DNA of 64,000 nucleotides from Mobula hypostoma (Eukaryota). Every line of letters starts with the position of its first letter. The stretch's first letter is position 1. Under the pieces are notes generated by a model. It saw only the letters and a program-made list of their open reading frames with translations. It made no database searches and was not told the DNA's origin. Location: NCBI RefSeq assembly GCF_963921235.1, contig NC_086097.1, positions 29,142,001 to 29,206,000 of the forward strand. Direction: 5' to 3'. Positions 25,025 to 38,289 of this stretch are shown here, one piece after another. Both the position numbers and the translations under genes were made by a program.

Positions 25025-25379
25025 TTCAATATTTTGTTCTACATTTGCATCTGATACCATTACTGTAATTGGTTATAAACAGTGCGAAATAATCAGTAGC
25101 AGATCATTCCTCTGTGATATTAACTTGAGTTTGAGGCTGTTCTCTGGTTAATATCACTGTCAAGTTCATCTCCACATTAAATCAGTGCTACTGAAGACTG
25201 GCTAGCTGTACAGCTCATTGTCTCATGACAATTAAATAGGACCACACAGCAGGATGCAGAAATAACTGTACGGAATTAGCCCATTCACCCCTAGTGTGTC
25301 TGCTCCTTCTGTAATCTATCAAGTCCCCTACAGATATTCTAAACTTGTACCTTTCCATACACTTACCTGACATCAAAAA

Positions 25380-25560
25380 ACAAACTGCTGGTGGAACTCA
25401 GCGGGTCGGGCAGCATATGTGGGGGTAATGGACAGTCAACATTTCGAGTGGAGACCCTTCGCCTGGCTTGAGAGAGAAGAGGGGAGAGGTCGGTATAGAG
25501 AGCTGATAGGTGGATCCAGATGAGGAGGACAATGGGCAGATGGAAGAGGGGAGAGTGGGA
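25380..25560 (-). mobile_element. Degenerate Penelope-like terminal repeat
   Basis: ctgctggtggaactcagcgggtcgggcagcat..cagtcaacatttcgagtggagacccttc. Confidence 0.7.
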
Positions 25561-25589
25561 ATTCTCCAGAGTGTGGGTTTTTCATTGTT

Positions 25590-26920
25590 TAGGGTATCAA
25601 TGCAAGGAAGGACAAGCCAGTGATTGGGTACAACTGCAGACAGAGCAAAGAGTTAAGTTGTACCAGAGGCAAAATTCTTAAGGGTGAAGAATGCAGGACT
25701 GAAGGTGCTGTATTTAAATGCACGTAGTATTCGGAATAAGGTGGATGAACTTACGGTGCAGTTAGAGATTGGTCGGTGTGATATTGTGGGCATCATTGAG
25801 TTGTAGCTAAAAGAAAGTCATAGTTGGGAGCTTAACATCAAAGGACATACTTTGTATCGAAAGGACAGGCAGGAAGGCATAGGTGGTGGTGTGGCTCTGT
25901 TAGTAAAAGACGGAATTACATCTTTAGAAAGAGATGACATAGGGTCAGAGAAAATTGAATTTTTGTGGGTGGAGTTAAGAAACTGCAAGAGTTAAAAAAC
26001 CATTATGGAAATCATATATAGGCTTCCAAATAGTAGCCAAGATGTGGGGTTGAGATTGCAAAGGGAGCTGGAAAAGGCATGTAATAAGGGTAATGACACA
26101 ATTGTAATGGGGGACTTCAATATGCAAGGGGATTGGGAAGATCAGGTTGGTGTTGAATCGCAAGAGAGGGAACTTGTTGAATGCCTACAAGATGGCTTTT
26201 TAGAGCAGCTTGCGCTCGAGCCAGCTTGGGGAAAGGCTATCTTAGATTGGGTGTTGTGTAATAACCAAGATCTTATTAGTCAGCTTAACAAAAAGGAACC
26301 CTTAGGAGGCAATGATCATAATATGATTGAATTCATACTGCAATTTGAGAGGGAGAAGCATAACTCACATATATCAGTATTGCAATGGAATAAAGGGAAT
26401 TACAGAGTCATGAGGGAGGAGCTTGCCCAGGTGGATTGGGGGAGGATACAGGTGGGGATGACAGCAAAACAGTGAGGTCTGTAGTTTCCGGGAACAGTTC
26501 ACAAGGCACAAGATAGATACGTCCCACAGAAGACGCTGTCTCAAATGACAGAGGTGGGCAACCGTGGCTGACAAGGGAAGTTAAGGACTGCATAAAAGCC
26601 AAGGCAAGGGCACATAAGGTAGCAAAAATGAGTGGGAAGCTGGATGATTGGAAAGCTTTTAGAATTCAAGAAAAGGTAACTAATAAAACTGTAAGAAGGG
26701 AAAAGATGAAATATGAGGGCAAACTAGCCAATAATATAAAGAATAAAAGGGAGGTGAGAGTTGATATTGGACCACTGGAAAACAATGCTGGTGAGGTATT
26801 AATGAGGGACAAAGAAATGGCAGATGAATTTAGTAAGTACTTTGCATCAGTCTTCACGTTGGAACACATTACTATATGCCGGAAGTCCATGAGTGTTAGG
26901 GAAAAGGAGTGAGTCCATTA
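25590..26920 (+). mobile_element. Internal CR1 ORF2 fragment (endonuclease and downstream)
   Basis: LKVLYLNARSIRNKVDEL at ~25699; ORFs 26005-26475 (IVMGDFNM, GNDHNMI) and 26628-26912. Confidence 0.92.
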
Positions 26921-26989
26921 TTAAGGATGGGGTTTCAGAGTACATATTAATAACAATAAACACTTTATTGATCACGAAATAAGATTAAA

Positions 26990-27116
26990 CATAAGAGCTT
27001 CTGCAGATGCTGGAAATCCAGAGGAACATGCGCAAATGCTGGAGGAACTCAGCAGGTCAGGCAGCATCTGTGGAGAGGAATAAAGAGTTGATGTTTCTGT
27101 CTGAGACCCTTCACCA
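26990..27116 (-). mobile_element. Penelope-like terminal repeat, truncated inside the hammerhead motif
   Basis: ctgcagatgctggaaatccagag..gctggaggaactcagcaggtcaggcagcatc..gagacccttcacca. Confidence 0.78.
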
Positions 27117-27119
27117 AAA

Positions 27120-27425
27120 TTAAGATTCATTTAGTTATCACCATTGCATCAAAGCATACAGTGGAATTTGTCATTTGTGTTAACAAGCAACTCAACCTAA
27201 GGACATGCTGGGGGCAGCCCACAAATGCCACCACACATTCTGGCACCAAGATAGATTGTCCACGATGTTCAACAACAGAATAACAGCAACAAAACAAAAC
27301 AACACCCCAAAAAAGCCCCCTTTCCTTCCTCCCACCCACCCACCCACTCACACACACACAGACAGTCCAGCAACCCCAGAACAAGCTGCCTTCGGGCCTC
27401 CAGCCTCCAGTAGACTCGAGGACTC
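27120..27425 (-). mobile_element. Partial copy of the non-tRNA-headed element sharing the SINE tail (family of 52555-53330)
   Basis: rc contains gggtgggtgggaggaaggaaagggggc..ttttgttgctg followed by the common SINE tail. Confidence 0.65.
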
Positions 27426-28719
27426 ACAGGCATTGGTCAAAGCCTTCTCAACTAGAACAGAGTCCCTCATTCACTGTGCTCCTTGACATTTTGCAGCCGT
27501 GCTCTACTGACCTCTGGAAGCTGCACTGGTCAGTTTCAAAACTGACTGCACACTGCACAAATAACTCCTGCAGGGTGAGTTTAAAACAACCGAGGGGTCG
27601 TTGGTCCAATATTGAGATGAGAATTCATTCATTCAATGGGTGGCTCAGCAGCGCCACCACTGGCAACATATCCTTACTGCAGGAGAGAGTCACGGTCCTC
27701 GACTCATTGAGAAATACAGCACGGATAGAGGCCCTTCGGCCCAACCGGTCCGTGCCAACCATGGTGCCCACCTAACCAGTCAGAGGTATGTTTTTTACAT
27801 AGAGAGTGGTGGGTACTCTGCCAACGGCGGTGGCAGAGGCAGATGCATGAGGGATACTTAGGAGGCTCTCAAGGAGGCACATGGATGATAGGAAAATGGT
27901 GGACTACAAGGGAAGGAAGTGTTAGGTTGAATTTAGAGTAGATCACTAGAAGTGGGTGTACTGTTCTATGTTCTCTGTTAAGAAATGAAAAGTCTTACAT
28001 CCTGAAGTCCCACACCACTCATTCAGAAACGGTTATTGCCCTACAACCACCAAGCTGCTGAACTGGCAACTGGCCTGAGTAACTTCACTCACCTTAACAC
28101 TGAGCTGACTGCACAACCTACAGACTCACTTTCAAGGACTCGACAACTCAGCTCTATTCGCACAGTTTGCCTTCTGTACATTCTTTTTGTCAGTCTTTGT
28201 TATAGTTTTTCCTAAATTCTATTTTATTTCCTGATTTTTTTCTGTAAATGCCTGCAAGAAAATGAATCTCAGGATAGTATACGGTGATATATACATACTT
28301 TGATAATAAATTTACTTTGAGCTTTGAGCCTTCAGGGCTGGGGGTGAGGGGTGGCAAAGGGGCAAACTGAAGCTGAAAGGGTCAGTGAGTGATACAGTAT
28401 AGATACGGGGCCTTCAGCCCAACCAATGTGTACTAGTCACAATCCCCACTCAGTTAGTCCCAGGTTCCAGTGTTCAGCCGGGATCCCTCCAAGCCTTAAC
28501 CTTCCATGTATCCGTCCAAGTGCTTCTTAACTGATACTACTGTACCTGCCTCAACCACTTCCTCTGGCAGGTCAATCCATATATTCAGGATCCTCAGAAA
28601 ACTCAATGCCTTTGACCATCAAAACATGGAGGCACCTTCGCAAATTCCCAGAGAGCATTCTTCAGGAAGGCAAACCCACGGAAAGTATCAGTCATGGACG
28701 GGGTATCTGGCTGAGCAAT

Positions 28720-30145
28720 GAAGACTGTGATGCTCAGCTGGCTGGTATGTTCACTGAGATCTTTAACCTCTCACTTCGGCATTCGGAGATAGCTAGCTGC
28801 TTCAAGCAGGCTGCACTTATACCAGTGTCTGCGAAGATTCAATGACCATTGTCCAGTAGCACTTACATCCACTGTGATGAAGTGTTTTGAGAGGTTGGTG
28901 GTGAAACACATCACCCCCTGCCTGAGAGGTAACTTGAATCCTGTCCAGTTTGCCTACTGGCACAATCGGTCAACAGCAGATGCCATTTCATTGGCTCCTC
29001 ACTCATCCCTGGATCATCTGGACAGTGAAAATGTACACATCAGGATGTTATTCATTGACTACAGCTCGGCTTTCAGTACTATCATCCTCTCAAAATTAAT
29101 CAATAAGCTCCAAGACATTGGCTTCAATACCCCCTGGTGCAACTTGGATCCTCGATTTCCCCAGTTCATTGAGATTGGCAACAACATCTCCACAATCTCC
29201 ATCAGCACAGGTGCTCCACAAGACCGTGTGCTTAGCCTCCTGTTCCTCTCGCTTTACACTTGTGACTGTGAGGCTAAACACAGCTCCAATGCTGATGACA
29301 CCACGGTCACAGGCTGAATCAAAGGTGGTGATGAATGAGGCATATTGAAGAGAGACTGAAAATCTGGCTGAGAGGTGCCACAATGACCTTTCACTCAATG
29401 TCAGCAAGACCAAGGAGCTGATTATTGACTCAGGAGGAGGAAACCAGAGGTCCATGAGCCCGTCCACATTGGCGATTCAGAGGTGGAGAGGGTCAGCAAT
29501 TTTAAATTCCACGGTGTTATCTTTTCTGAGGATCTGTCCTGGCTGCCACACATAAATGCCATTACAAAGAAAGCACGGCAGTGTCTCTACTTTCTTAGAA
29601 GTTTGCAAAGATTCGGCATGTTGTCTAAAACCTTGACAAACTTCTATAGATGTGCAGTGGAGAGTATCATATTGGTTCCATCACAGCCTGGTATAGAAAC
29701 ACCAATGCCCTTAAATGGAAAGATCCACAGAAAGTCGTGGATATGGCCCAGTCCATCATGGGTAAATCCCTTCCCACCGCTGAGCATATCTACACAGAGC
29801 ACTGTCACAGGAAAACAGCATCCAACATCAAGGGCCTGCTACCACCCAGGTCATGCTCTCTTCCTGCTGTTGCTATCAGGAAGTAGGCACAGGAGCCTCA
29901 GGACCCACACCAACAGATTCAGGAAGAGTTATTACCTCTCAACCATCAGGTTCTTGAACCAGAGGGGATAACTTCAACCAACTTCACTTGCCCCATCACT
30001 GAACTGTTCTCACAGCCTATAGATTCATTTTCAAGGACTCTTCACCTAATGTTCTCAATATTTATTGCTTATTTATTCATTATTATTATTATTTTCTCTT
30101 TTTGTATTTGTGCAGTTTGTTGGCTTTTGGACATTGGCGTTTGTC
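28720..30145 (+). mobile_element. Rex1/Babar-like LINE, 5'-truncated (RT to 3'UTR), frameshifted
   Basis: MKCFERLV..QFAY..NRSTADAI..RMLFIDYSSAF..TGAPQ..ADDTTV; ERVSNFKF.G..KKARQ.LYFLR.L..TNFYRCAVESI; HPGHALF.LL.SG.R.RSLRT.T.RF..SYY. Confidence 0.92.
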
Positions 30146-30479
30146 TAAAAAAGTAGAGGTGTTATCATGCTTACTCATGACACTTATTAGATTAGATTAG
30201 ATTCAACTTTATTGTCATTGTTTTGAGTAGATACAAAGCTAATGAAATGCATTTAGCATCTGACCAGAAATGCAAAGAATAGCGTTATTTACAAAATAAC
30301 TGCGAATAAAGAAAGTGCTACAGCATGTGTGAGACTTGGGTCAGATCCTCTGAAATGATAACACCTGTTGTGTTCTGTTGCTGAGGTGGGATTAGGGTTG
30401 TGCTAGTTGGTTCAAGACCTGATGGTTCTAGGAAAGTAGCTGTTCCTGAACCTGGTGCAGTGGGACTTCAGGCTTCTGT

Positions 30480-30640
30480 ACCCTGCTATCTTCTCTCCCA
30501 CCTGGTCTCGCCCATCAGCTGCCAGCTTGTACTCCCTCCCCTCCTCCTATCTTTTCATTCTGGCTTCCTCTCCTTTCCTGTCCAATCCTGATGAAGGGTC
30601 TTGGCCTGAAACATCGTCTGTTTATTCCCCTCCATAGATC
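30480..30640 (+). mobile_element. Penelope-like terminal repeat fragment
   Basis: Pyrimidine-rich UTR followed by the hammerhead motif and tttattcccctccatagat. Confidence 0.78.
30583..30620 (+). ncRNA. Minimal type-I hammerhead ribozyme motif (core intact, stem I damaged)
   Basis: CAATC CTGATGA AGGGTCTTGGCCT GAAA CATC GTCTG; CTGATGA at 30588-30594, GAAA at 30608-30611. Confidence 0.65.
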
Positions 30641-32429
30641 CAAGATTCAATATTCAAAATTGTCTACTGCCATTCTTCAGTACACGAGTGTAAAGGAGCA
30701 CACAAAGATTGTTTCTCCGGATCTGATGCAACATGAAAAAAAAACACAATGACTATAAATATAAAAACAGTCTGATAAAACGCAATGTACAAGTCACTGT
30801 TTGAGTGTGGCTGTGTGTATATATTTAGCATATTTAGCATATACACATAGACGGATTATATTTACATAAAGTGACACTAGGTGCAGGAGTATCTGAACAT
30901 AAGGTGACTGACAGGAAATGATAAAGTGACTCTTGGCAAGAGGAACTCCTCTAAGTAGCAGCAGGGCACATGAAATCACAGCAGGACAGTGACTGTCAGT
31001 GCAGTTATGAGGTGTGCAGTGTGAGTGTCATGTGGCAGTGCATGGGGGGAAAGGAGGGTGCTGAGGGGTAGTGGCTGAAGTGATGTGGTGGTAGGGAGTG
31101 GAGGTGTGGGTTAATAGATGGGGAATTTGATCAGCCTGACGGCTTAGGGGAGGTAACTTGGGGGACGATGCTGCCTGACCTGTTGCGTTTCTGTGGCATT
31201 TTGTGTTGCTTACTGTGAACAGCCAATGCCTCATAGCCTTTGAATACTCACCAGGCAGGTACAGCTGCCTTGTGTTGATGGGCAGTGGCAATTCCAGCTG
31301 TTATAAATCACCCAGTCAGTTTGCTAACACTCCCAAGCTGTCCTTACAGAGGCTGCTATATGATTAAGTGACAGAGCCTGTAAAACCCTGGGAGGAAGTT
31401 AAGTGTCCGTGAGTAACTAATTCAGAATTACTGTGTGGCCTCTGTAACAAACACTAAATTTTCTTGTTTCTTGCTGTGTCAATAATCTTTTTTTTGACTG
31501 AAACTGCACAAAATATTTAATTTAGAAATATACACTTTTGAGACTTCTTCCTTCTTCAAGAGCTCCAACTCATATTCTCAATATTATTTATTTATTCTAT
31601 TTACTGTATCTATTTTTTTTGTATTTGCACAGTTTGTCTTCTTTAGCATGTTAGTGTAGTCTTTGTGTGTAGTTTTACATTGATTTTGTTGTATTTCTTT
31701 GTTCAACTGTGAATGCCTGCAAGAAGAGGAATCTGGGGGTGGCAAATGGTGACTTGTACGGTCCTCACTTTGGTAATGAATTTACTTTGAACTTTCTGTT
31801 CTTTTATAACACGCAATTCAATTCAATTCTGTCAAAGGGTTCGTAAATTAATCCTCGATTTATCCAAAAGCAATAAGGCTGCAGAAGCTGGAAATCTGAG
31901 TTTTGTTCACAAAAAGGAAAAGTCACTGTTCTGAAACACTGCTTTCTCCTTACAGACTCTGTCTGATCTGCTGAATATTTCCAGCAAGTCTTTGTCTCTT
32001 GTCCACAGATGATAACTGACATACTGCTGTTGCTGGCATTTTATGGTTCTTGTCCCAGCAGCTGACTGTTATTTCTTTTTCTTCTTTAGCTTCTGAATTT
32101 TATTTACATTTGCAAATTTATAATTTAAAGGCAGCAATGTCCCTCCTGCTTTTTTTTCTTGCACTGCACAGTTCTAAGACTATTCTGGAGGACTGTCTTT
32201 TGATGTGATCTCACAGAATCTTACACTTGGCTCAGTGTTATATTACCCAGTCAGCTGATCTGGATGTCAACGGCGAGGTACAGCGTGTTAATAATTGTGA
32301 GTCTATTCCCTGACACCTCGTTGAGCACTTGATTCCAACTGCTTGCAGGTACGTCCCCTGTCTTGGAGGTGGCCCCCTACTGCTCCAAGCTCTGGTGTTA
32401 ATGTGTCAACCAGCTGTGGGACGTAGAAC

Positions 32430-32700
32430 CCCGGATGGCTGTGCCCCACCTACTGTTGCATTGTAGCCCCACCCTTAGTCATCCAGTGCTGGTGGAGGGC
32501 TGGGGAAACGAGGGAGGAGGATGTCCTAGTTAACCGGCTCCTGTGGCTGGCCTAAGATAGCTGTCCGTGGGTCCTGGAGATAGCCAGTGGAGGGTTCTGC
32601 CTGGGCTGACTGTCCAGCCATGTTCAGGGGGTATGCCCGTGCCTGGGTAATTGTGGAAAAGGAATACCATGGGTAGCACTGAGGTACTTCAAGACTGCTG
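32430..32700 (+). mobile_element. Old Tx1/L1-clade ORF2 C-terminal relic
   Basis: Frame pieces read like EDVLVNRLLWLA..KIAV..GS..EG..ADCP.MFRGYARAWV..EKE, resembling Tx1-like ORF2 ends as recalled. Confidence 0.5.
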
Positions 32701-32998
32701 TCCTTTTGAACACCCTGCCAGGGGTGGTAATAGGGGCAGATACAATAGGGGCATTTAAGAAGCTCTTAGATAGGCACATGGATGATAGAAAAATGGAGAG
32801 CTATGTAGGAGGGAAGGGTTAGATTGATCTTCGAGTAGGTTAAAGTTTGGCACAACATCATGGCCGAAAGTCCTGTACTGTGCTGTAATGTTCTATGTTT
32901 TATGTCTTCTAAGAACCTTTAACCCCCAGAGGGATGTAGGTATTTTACCAGGGGTAGGGGAGCCTACAACTAGAGGACATAGAGGAAAGATTAGGAGG

Positions 32999-33648
32999 TA
33001 ATGGCATGCTGGCCTTCATAACAAGGGGAATTGAGTATAGGAGCAAAGAGGTCCTTCTGCAGCTGTACAGGGCCCTGGTGAGACCACACCTGGAGTACTG
33101 TGTGCAGTTTTGGTCTCCAAATTTGAGGAAGGGCATTCTTGCTATTGAGGGAGTGCAGCATAGGTTCACAAGGTTAACTCCCGGGATGACGGGACTGTCA
33201 TATGTCGAAAGATTGGAGCGACTGGGCTTGTATACTCTGGAATTTAGAAGGCTGAGAGGGGATCTTATTGAAACGTATAAGATTATTAAGAGATTGGACA
33301 CGCTGCAGGTAGGAAGCATGTTCCCGCTGATGGGTGAGTCCAGAACCAGAGGCCACAGTTTAAGAATTAGGAGTAGGCCATTTAGAACGGAGTTGAGGAA
33401 AAACTTTTTCACCCAGAGAGTGGTGGATATATGGAATGCTCTGCCCCAGAAGGCTGTGGAGGCCAAGTCTCTGGATGCTTTCAAAAAAGAGATGGATAGA
33501 GCTCTTAAAGATAGCGGAATCAAAGGTTATGGGGATAAGGCAGGAACTGGATACTGATTGTGGATGATCAGCCATGATCACAGTGAATGGCGGTGCTGGC
33601 TCGAAGGGCCGAATGGCCTACTCCTGCACCCATTGTCTGTTGTCTGTT
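32999..33648 (+). mobile_element. Young 5'-truncated CR1 with uninterrupted ORF2 C-terminus
   Basis: ORF 33006-33557 runs open for 183 aa to its stop (LQLYRALVRPHLEYCVQFWSP..SRTRGHSLRI..FFTQRVVDIWNALP); tail ttgtctgttgtctgttg. Confidence 0.93.
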
Positions 33649-34219
33649 GAGATTTAAAATGACTTAGGGGACAACATTTTCACAAAGAGGGTGGTGGGTA
33701 AAACGGAACCGAACACCAGTAGAAGTGGTAGTGGTACAATTAGAACATTTAAAGGCTTTTGGATGGACTCACAGGGACAGGGGCCAGACTCAGGCAAATG
33801 GGACTAGCTGAGTTAGTAACTTGGTCAATATGGATGAGTTGGGCTGAAGGGCCAGTTTGAGTGCTGGATAGCTCTATGACGCAGTGACTATGATTCGTAA
33901 CCTGGCAATTTGTTCTCACAGGTATCTGTCAATAAGCTGTTCACAGACAAGCACCCAATACCACAGTACAGTATCCTGTAGGTGGTTCCCATATTATGGA
34001 GGGGTGTGGGGGAGGGCGGGGTGTTCACATCCCTAGAAAATGGCCTGTATTATCATTTTCACTAACCCAAAGCTGTGTCATCTACACAAAATGCAAACTG
34101 AAAAATAATAAACGTGTTTACTTATTCTTATATATGTATATTTTGTAAAACCAGGGTTTTATTCCTGATCCCAGATTTCTGGTAGAGATTTGTGAGTTTC
34201 TTAAGGCTGAGCTTCAGCT

Positions 34220-34555
34220 GATGTATAATCAGTCACCGACTCGATAAAGCAGCCAGCATAATCGAAGACCCCACCCACGTTGGACATTCTCTCTTCTCCC
34301 CTCGCCCACTGGGCAGCAGATACAAAGGTCTGAAAGCATGCACCACCAGACTCAAGGTCAGCTTCTATCCCGTTGTTTTCCTGTATGATAAGATGGAGTT
34401 CTGACCTCACAATCCACCTTATTGTCTGTCCGCACGGCACTTTCTCTGCAACTTTAACGCTTTTTTCTGCATCCTTTTCCCTCAGTGCACTGATGTGATG
34501 AAATGATCAGTATCGATGGTACTTTGGAATATGTAACTATAATAAACCAATTTTC
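34220..34555 (+). mobile_element. Rex1-like 3' fragment
   Basis: aaagcagccagcataatcgaagaccccaccc..gatacaaaggtctgaaagcatgcaccaccagactcaagg. Confidence 0.75.
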
Positions 34556-34849
34556 CAATCCACCTCTCTGCTTTGCCCGGCTTATAGAGCAGAGAGCTGA
34601 TCAAGCCTTGCTGCCAGATAACCTTGGATGGGCATATCCTTACTTACATGTTCAGGACAGTAACACTGAGGCCATTCAGTCCAACAGGTCCATGCCATCT
34701 CCCAGCACAGCAATCCAATTCCTCTTATGTTCTTTTCTCTGCAGCTCAGCAACAAGTTCCCAGATATGTACACTAAACTCCCTTTGATATTATTGTCCTT
34801 CCCCAAACCACCCTAGCCACTTTGGAATTTGCAGAACATAGATCATATC

Positions 34850-36750
34850 ACCATAAAACCATAAGACCTAGGAGTAGAATTATGCCATTTGGACCATCAA
34901 GTCTGCTCCACCATTCCATCATGACCCCTCTCAACCCCATTTTCCTGCCTTCTCCTAGTAACATTTGACACCCTGAATAATCACGAAGCTATCAACATCC
35001 ACTTTAAATATACCCAATGGTTTGGCCTCCATAGCTGTCTGGGACAATGAAGTCCATGGATTCACCACCCTCAGGCTATAGAAATTCCTCCTCATCCTCG
35101 TTCTAACTGGTTGCTCTTCTATCCTGAGGCCACGTGCTCTGGTCCTAGACTCCCCCACTAATAGAAACATCAGTAAGGAAGGTGTTGTGCAGATAGACAA
35201 CACCTTTGGCCCATGATACTGAACACTTAACGAATCCCTTCTGCCTACTCAAATGTCCATATCCTTCTGTTCCATGCACGCTCATGTATCTATCTAGGAA
35301 ACTCTTAAAGATCACTCTCTCTTCCTTGCCCCCTTCCTTCTCCCCCTTTCACTTCCCCTCTCTTCCATGTGTCTGTCTTTTAGCTAGATAGTTCCCCTTC
35401 TGACTCCTGATTCCCAATCCTACACGCACAAGGAAAGGGGTGGAATTTGAGAAGTCTAATGTTAGAGTCACAATGTTATACCGCATAGAGAGAGGCCCTC
35501 CAGTCCAACTTGTTCATGCCAACAAAGATGCCGATCTAAGCTAGCCCCATTTGCCAGCATTTAGCCAAGATCCCCCCAAAGCTTGCCTATCCACGCACCT
35601 GCCCAAATGTCTTTTAAACATTGTAATTGTATCCAAATGTCTTTTAGACATTGTAATTGGATCCATCATTAACACTTCCAGTGGCAGTTTGTTCCAGTTA
35701 CCTACTGCTCCCTGTATGAAAGAGTTGACCCTCAGGATCCTTTTCATTCTGTCCCCTCTCACTTTAAATCTATGCCTTTTAGTTTTAGACTTTCCTACGA
35801 TGAGAAACCTGCTTGTAGTCGCATAATGGGCATGCAGGTCCAGACAACACACAGAACATATATCGTATAGAACATTATATCACACAGTGAAAATGAAAAG
35901 CAAGACCTCAGGGCAGAGAAAAGCAAAGACTTTCGCAACAGTTACGAGGTATCTGGACGAACACAAATCACCAAGGAATGTTATTGTTTTACCTTGTTCT
36001 ACCTCAGTGCACTGTGTAACGGCTTAATCTGTATGAACAGTATGCAAGACAAGCTTTTCTCTGTATCTTGGCATAAGTGACAATATTAAACCGATACCAA
36101 AAGTAATTCCAATTCCAATTTCAATTCCAAAGTGCTGGTAAATGAACTGGGAATTGATGGGTGCTTGATGGTCCTTAAGACATAGGAGCGGAATGTTGCA
36201 ATTTGGCCCGTTTTGGGGGCTCTGTCATTCCATCATAGCTGATTTATTATCTCTCTCAACCCCACTCTCTTGCCTTTACCCACAACCTTTGACGCCCTTC
36301 CTAATCAAGAACCTATCAGCCTTCACTTTAACTATACCCAATGACTTAGCCTCCATAGCCACCTGTGGCAATGGATTCCACTCTCTCTGGCTAAAGAAAT
36401 TGATCCTCATCTCTGTTCTAAAGGGAAGTTCTTCTATTCTGAGGCGGTGCCCGCTGGTCCTAGATTACCCCACATCCTCTCCCTGTCCCCTCTGTCTATG
36501 CTTTTCAATATTTAATAGGTTTCATGAGATCACCTCCCCGGTCTTCTGAATTCCAGTGAGTACAGGACCAAATGCTCCTCATACGTTAACCGTTTCATTC
36601 CTGGGAACATTCTCGTAAACCTCCCCAGGACCCTCTGCAATGTCAGCGCAGAAAAGGGGCCCAAAAATGCTCACAATACCCCAAGTGTGGTTTGACCGGT
36701 GCCTTATAGAGCCTCACATTACATCCTTGTTTTTTTTATTCTAGTCCTCT
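34850..36750 (-). mobile_element. Cluster of CR1 3' fragments (~34850-35170, ~35460-35800, ~36175-36750)
   Basis: Reverse complements of CR1 3' ORF2/UTR (ESRTR..RRNFYSLRVVN.W; KRHRFKVRG). Confidence 0.78.
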
Positions 36751-37879
36751 TGATGGGCTGAAGGGCCTGTTTCCATGCTATGACTTGCCAGTCAGGCTTA
36801 ATACCCCAAGGAGAACAGGTCTTGACAACATCAGTGACCCCTTTACTTGTTGTTCCCTTCCCCATTGAGAGAAAGCAAACATTTTCTTTAAAGATGAATG
36901 AATAGTACTGTTTCAGAGTTTCTCAAACTTTTTTTTGGAAGTGGTACAAAGGTTGTACATGTTTGCCAAATGTAGTTATTAACTTGAAGAGATTTATGGA
37001 GCGCTCATATAAAAATGAAATGTTGAGAATATTTACCCACACTGACCCATACTATTGCTGCCGTCTGTGTCTTGAGGCAGTAATTGGGTTCCATTTGTCA
37101 CCTAACCTGGTTTCTATCACTAATTTACACTTCTGATCCCCAGAACCGTGGGGAATGGGACCCAGGAGGTCAGCTGGTCTCCTGCAGCTGCCCAGAACTG
37201 GTTCTCTAATTTGAAAGCACTCCTCTTAAAAACCACCATTTAAAAACAGTAAATCTTCCTGGTGCAGAATAATGTGGAATTCACCGCACAGGAACTGCCC
37301 TAATCCCTCCCAGTTGTTTCATCTTTATCTATATCTTTATCTTCTCCTTAACTTAGTATCACCTTATGAACATACAATCGGTCAATGCATAGAAGCTAAT
37401 CTTACAGATTTATATTTATTGTGTTTTTCTACTGTTTATTTTTGCTTATTGTGGTTTTTCAAAATTTTACACTGCATCAGATCCCGAGTAACAATCATTT
37501 CGTTCTCCTTGACAATTAACAATCTTGAATCTTGAATCAACTTTATTCACCAAATACATTTAATTGTGTTAGGAATTTGCTGTGATGCATTGGTCGGGGT
37601 GTGACATGCACCAAAAACACACCGTTTAACAATTATACAGAATAAAGAATCATATAAAAATAAGGTTAGAGATCAAAGGACCTACCTCATGTCCTCTCAT
37701 CGCTCTCCCAATATATTGGACCCTTTCTTTCTCTCAGAAGTTTGTTATATTTCCCCTTACACGTACCTCGATGATGCTGTCTCTCAGCCACTCTCTGCGG
37801 GAGCGAGTTTCCATGCTCTCAGCCCTTACCGTGATGAAGAAATATCTTTGGGCTTCCTTGTATGAATCCGTGGCGAGTG

Positions 37880-38200
37880 GGCAGCCCGGTCGCATAGCGG
37901 TTACCGTATCACTTTACAGCAGCAGCAATTACCGAGGGTTCAATTCCCGCCATTGACCGTAAGGAGTTTGTACCTTATCTCCATGACTGTGAGGATTTCC
38001 TCCGGGTGCTCTGGTTTCCTCCCACATTCCAAAAGCATACGGGTTTGGGCTCATGAGTTGCGAGCATGCTATTTTAGTGCCACAGGTATGGGCTGCCCCC
38101 AGCACAATCCTCGCTGATCTGATTTGACGTAAACAACGCTTTTGTCTGCATGTTTCATTGTTTTAATGTACATGTGACAAAGAAAACTGATCTTTATCTC
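37880..38200 (+). mobile_element. Full-length tRNA-derived SINE
   Basis: Head cggtcgcatagcggtta (A-box-like) and gggttcaattccc (B box); core gtttcctcccacattccaaa; tail gtacatgtgacaaa. Confidence 0.82.
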
Positions 38201-38289
38201 TCTCTTTCTCTTTTACGGGCACAAGCCTGTCTCCTCACTACAATGGAAAGATGTCAACACCACCCAAACTTTGAAGATGCTGGTCTCGC

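Noticed and set aside
27497..27574. 78-nt exon-like segment (ttttgcag..AGG/gtgagt) with a small GTCAGTTT/AAACTGAC hairpin
   Set aside because: Peptide not recognised and no partner exons; such sites are expected by chance in 64 kb.
32945..33523. 192-aa antisense ORF
   Set aside because: Shadow frame of the young CR1 ORF2 on the opposite strand.
37880..37955. tRNA-like sequence with A/B boxes (also ~18035, ~49540, ~50815)
   Set aside because: SINE heads: they continue into SINE core and tail and do not form a clean cloverleaf.
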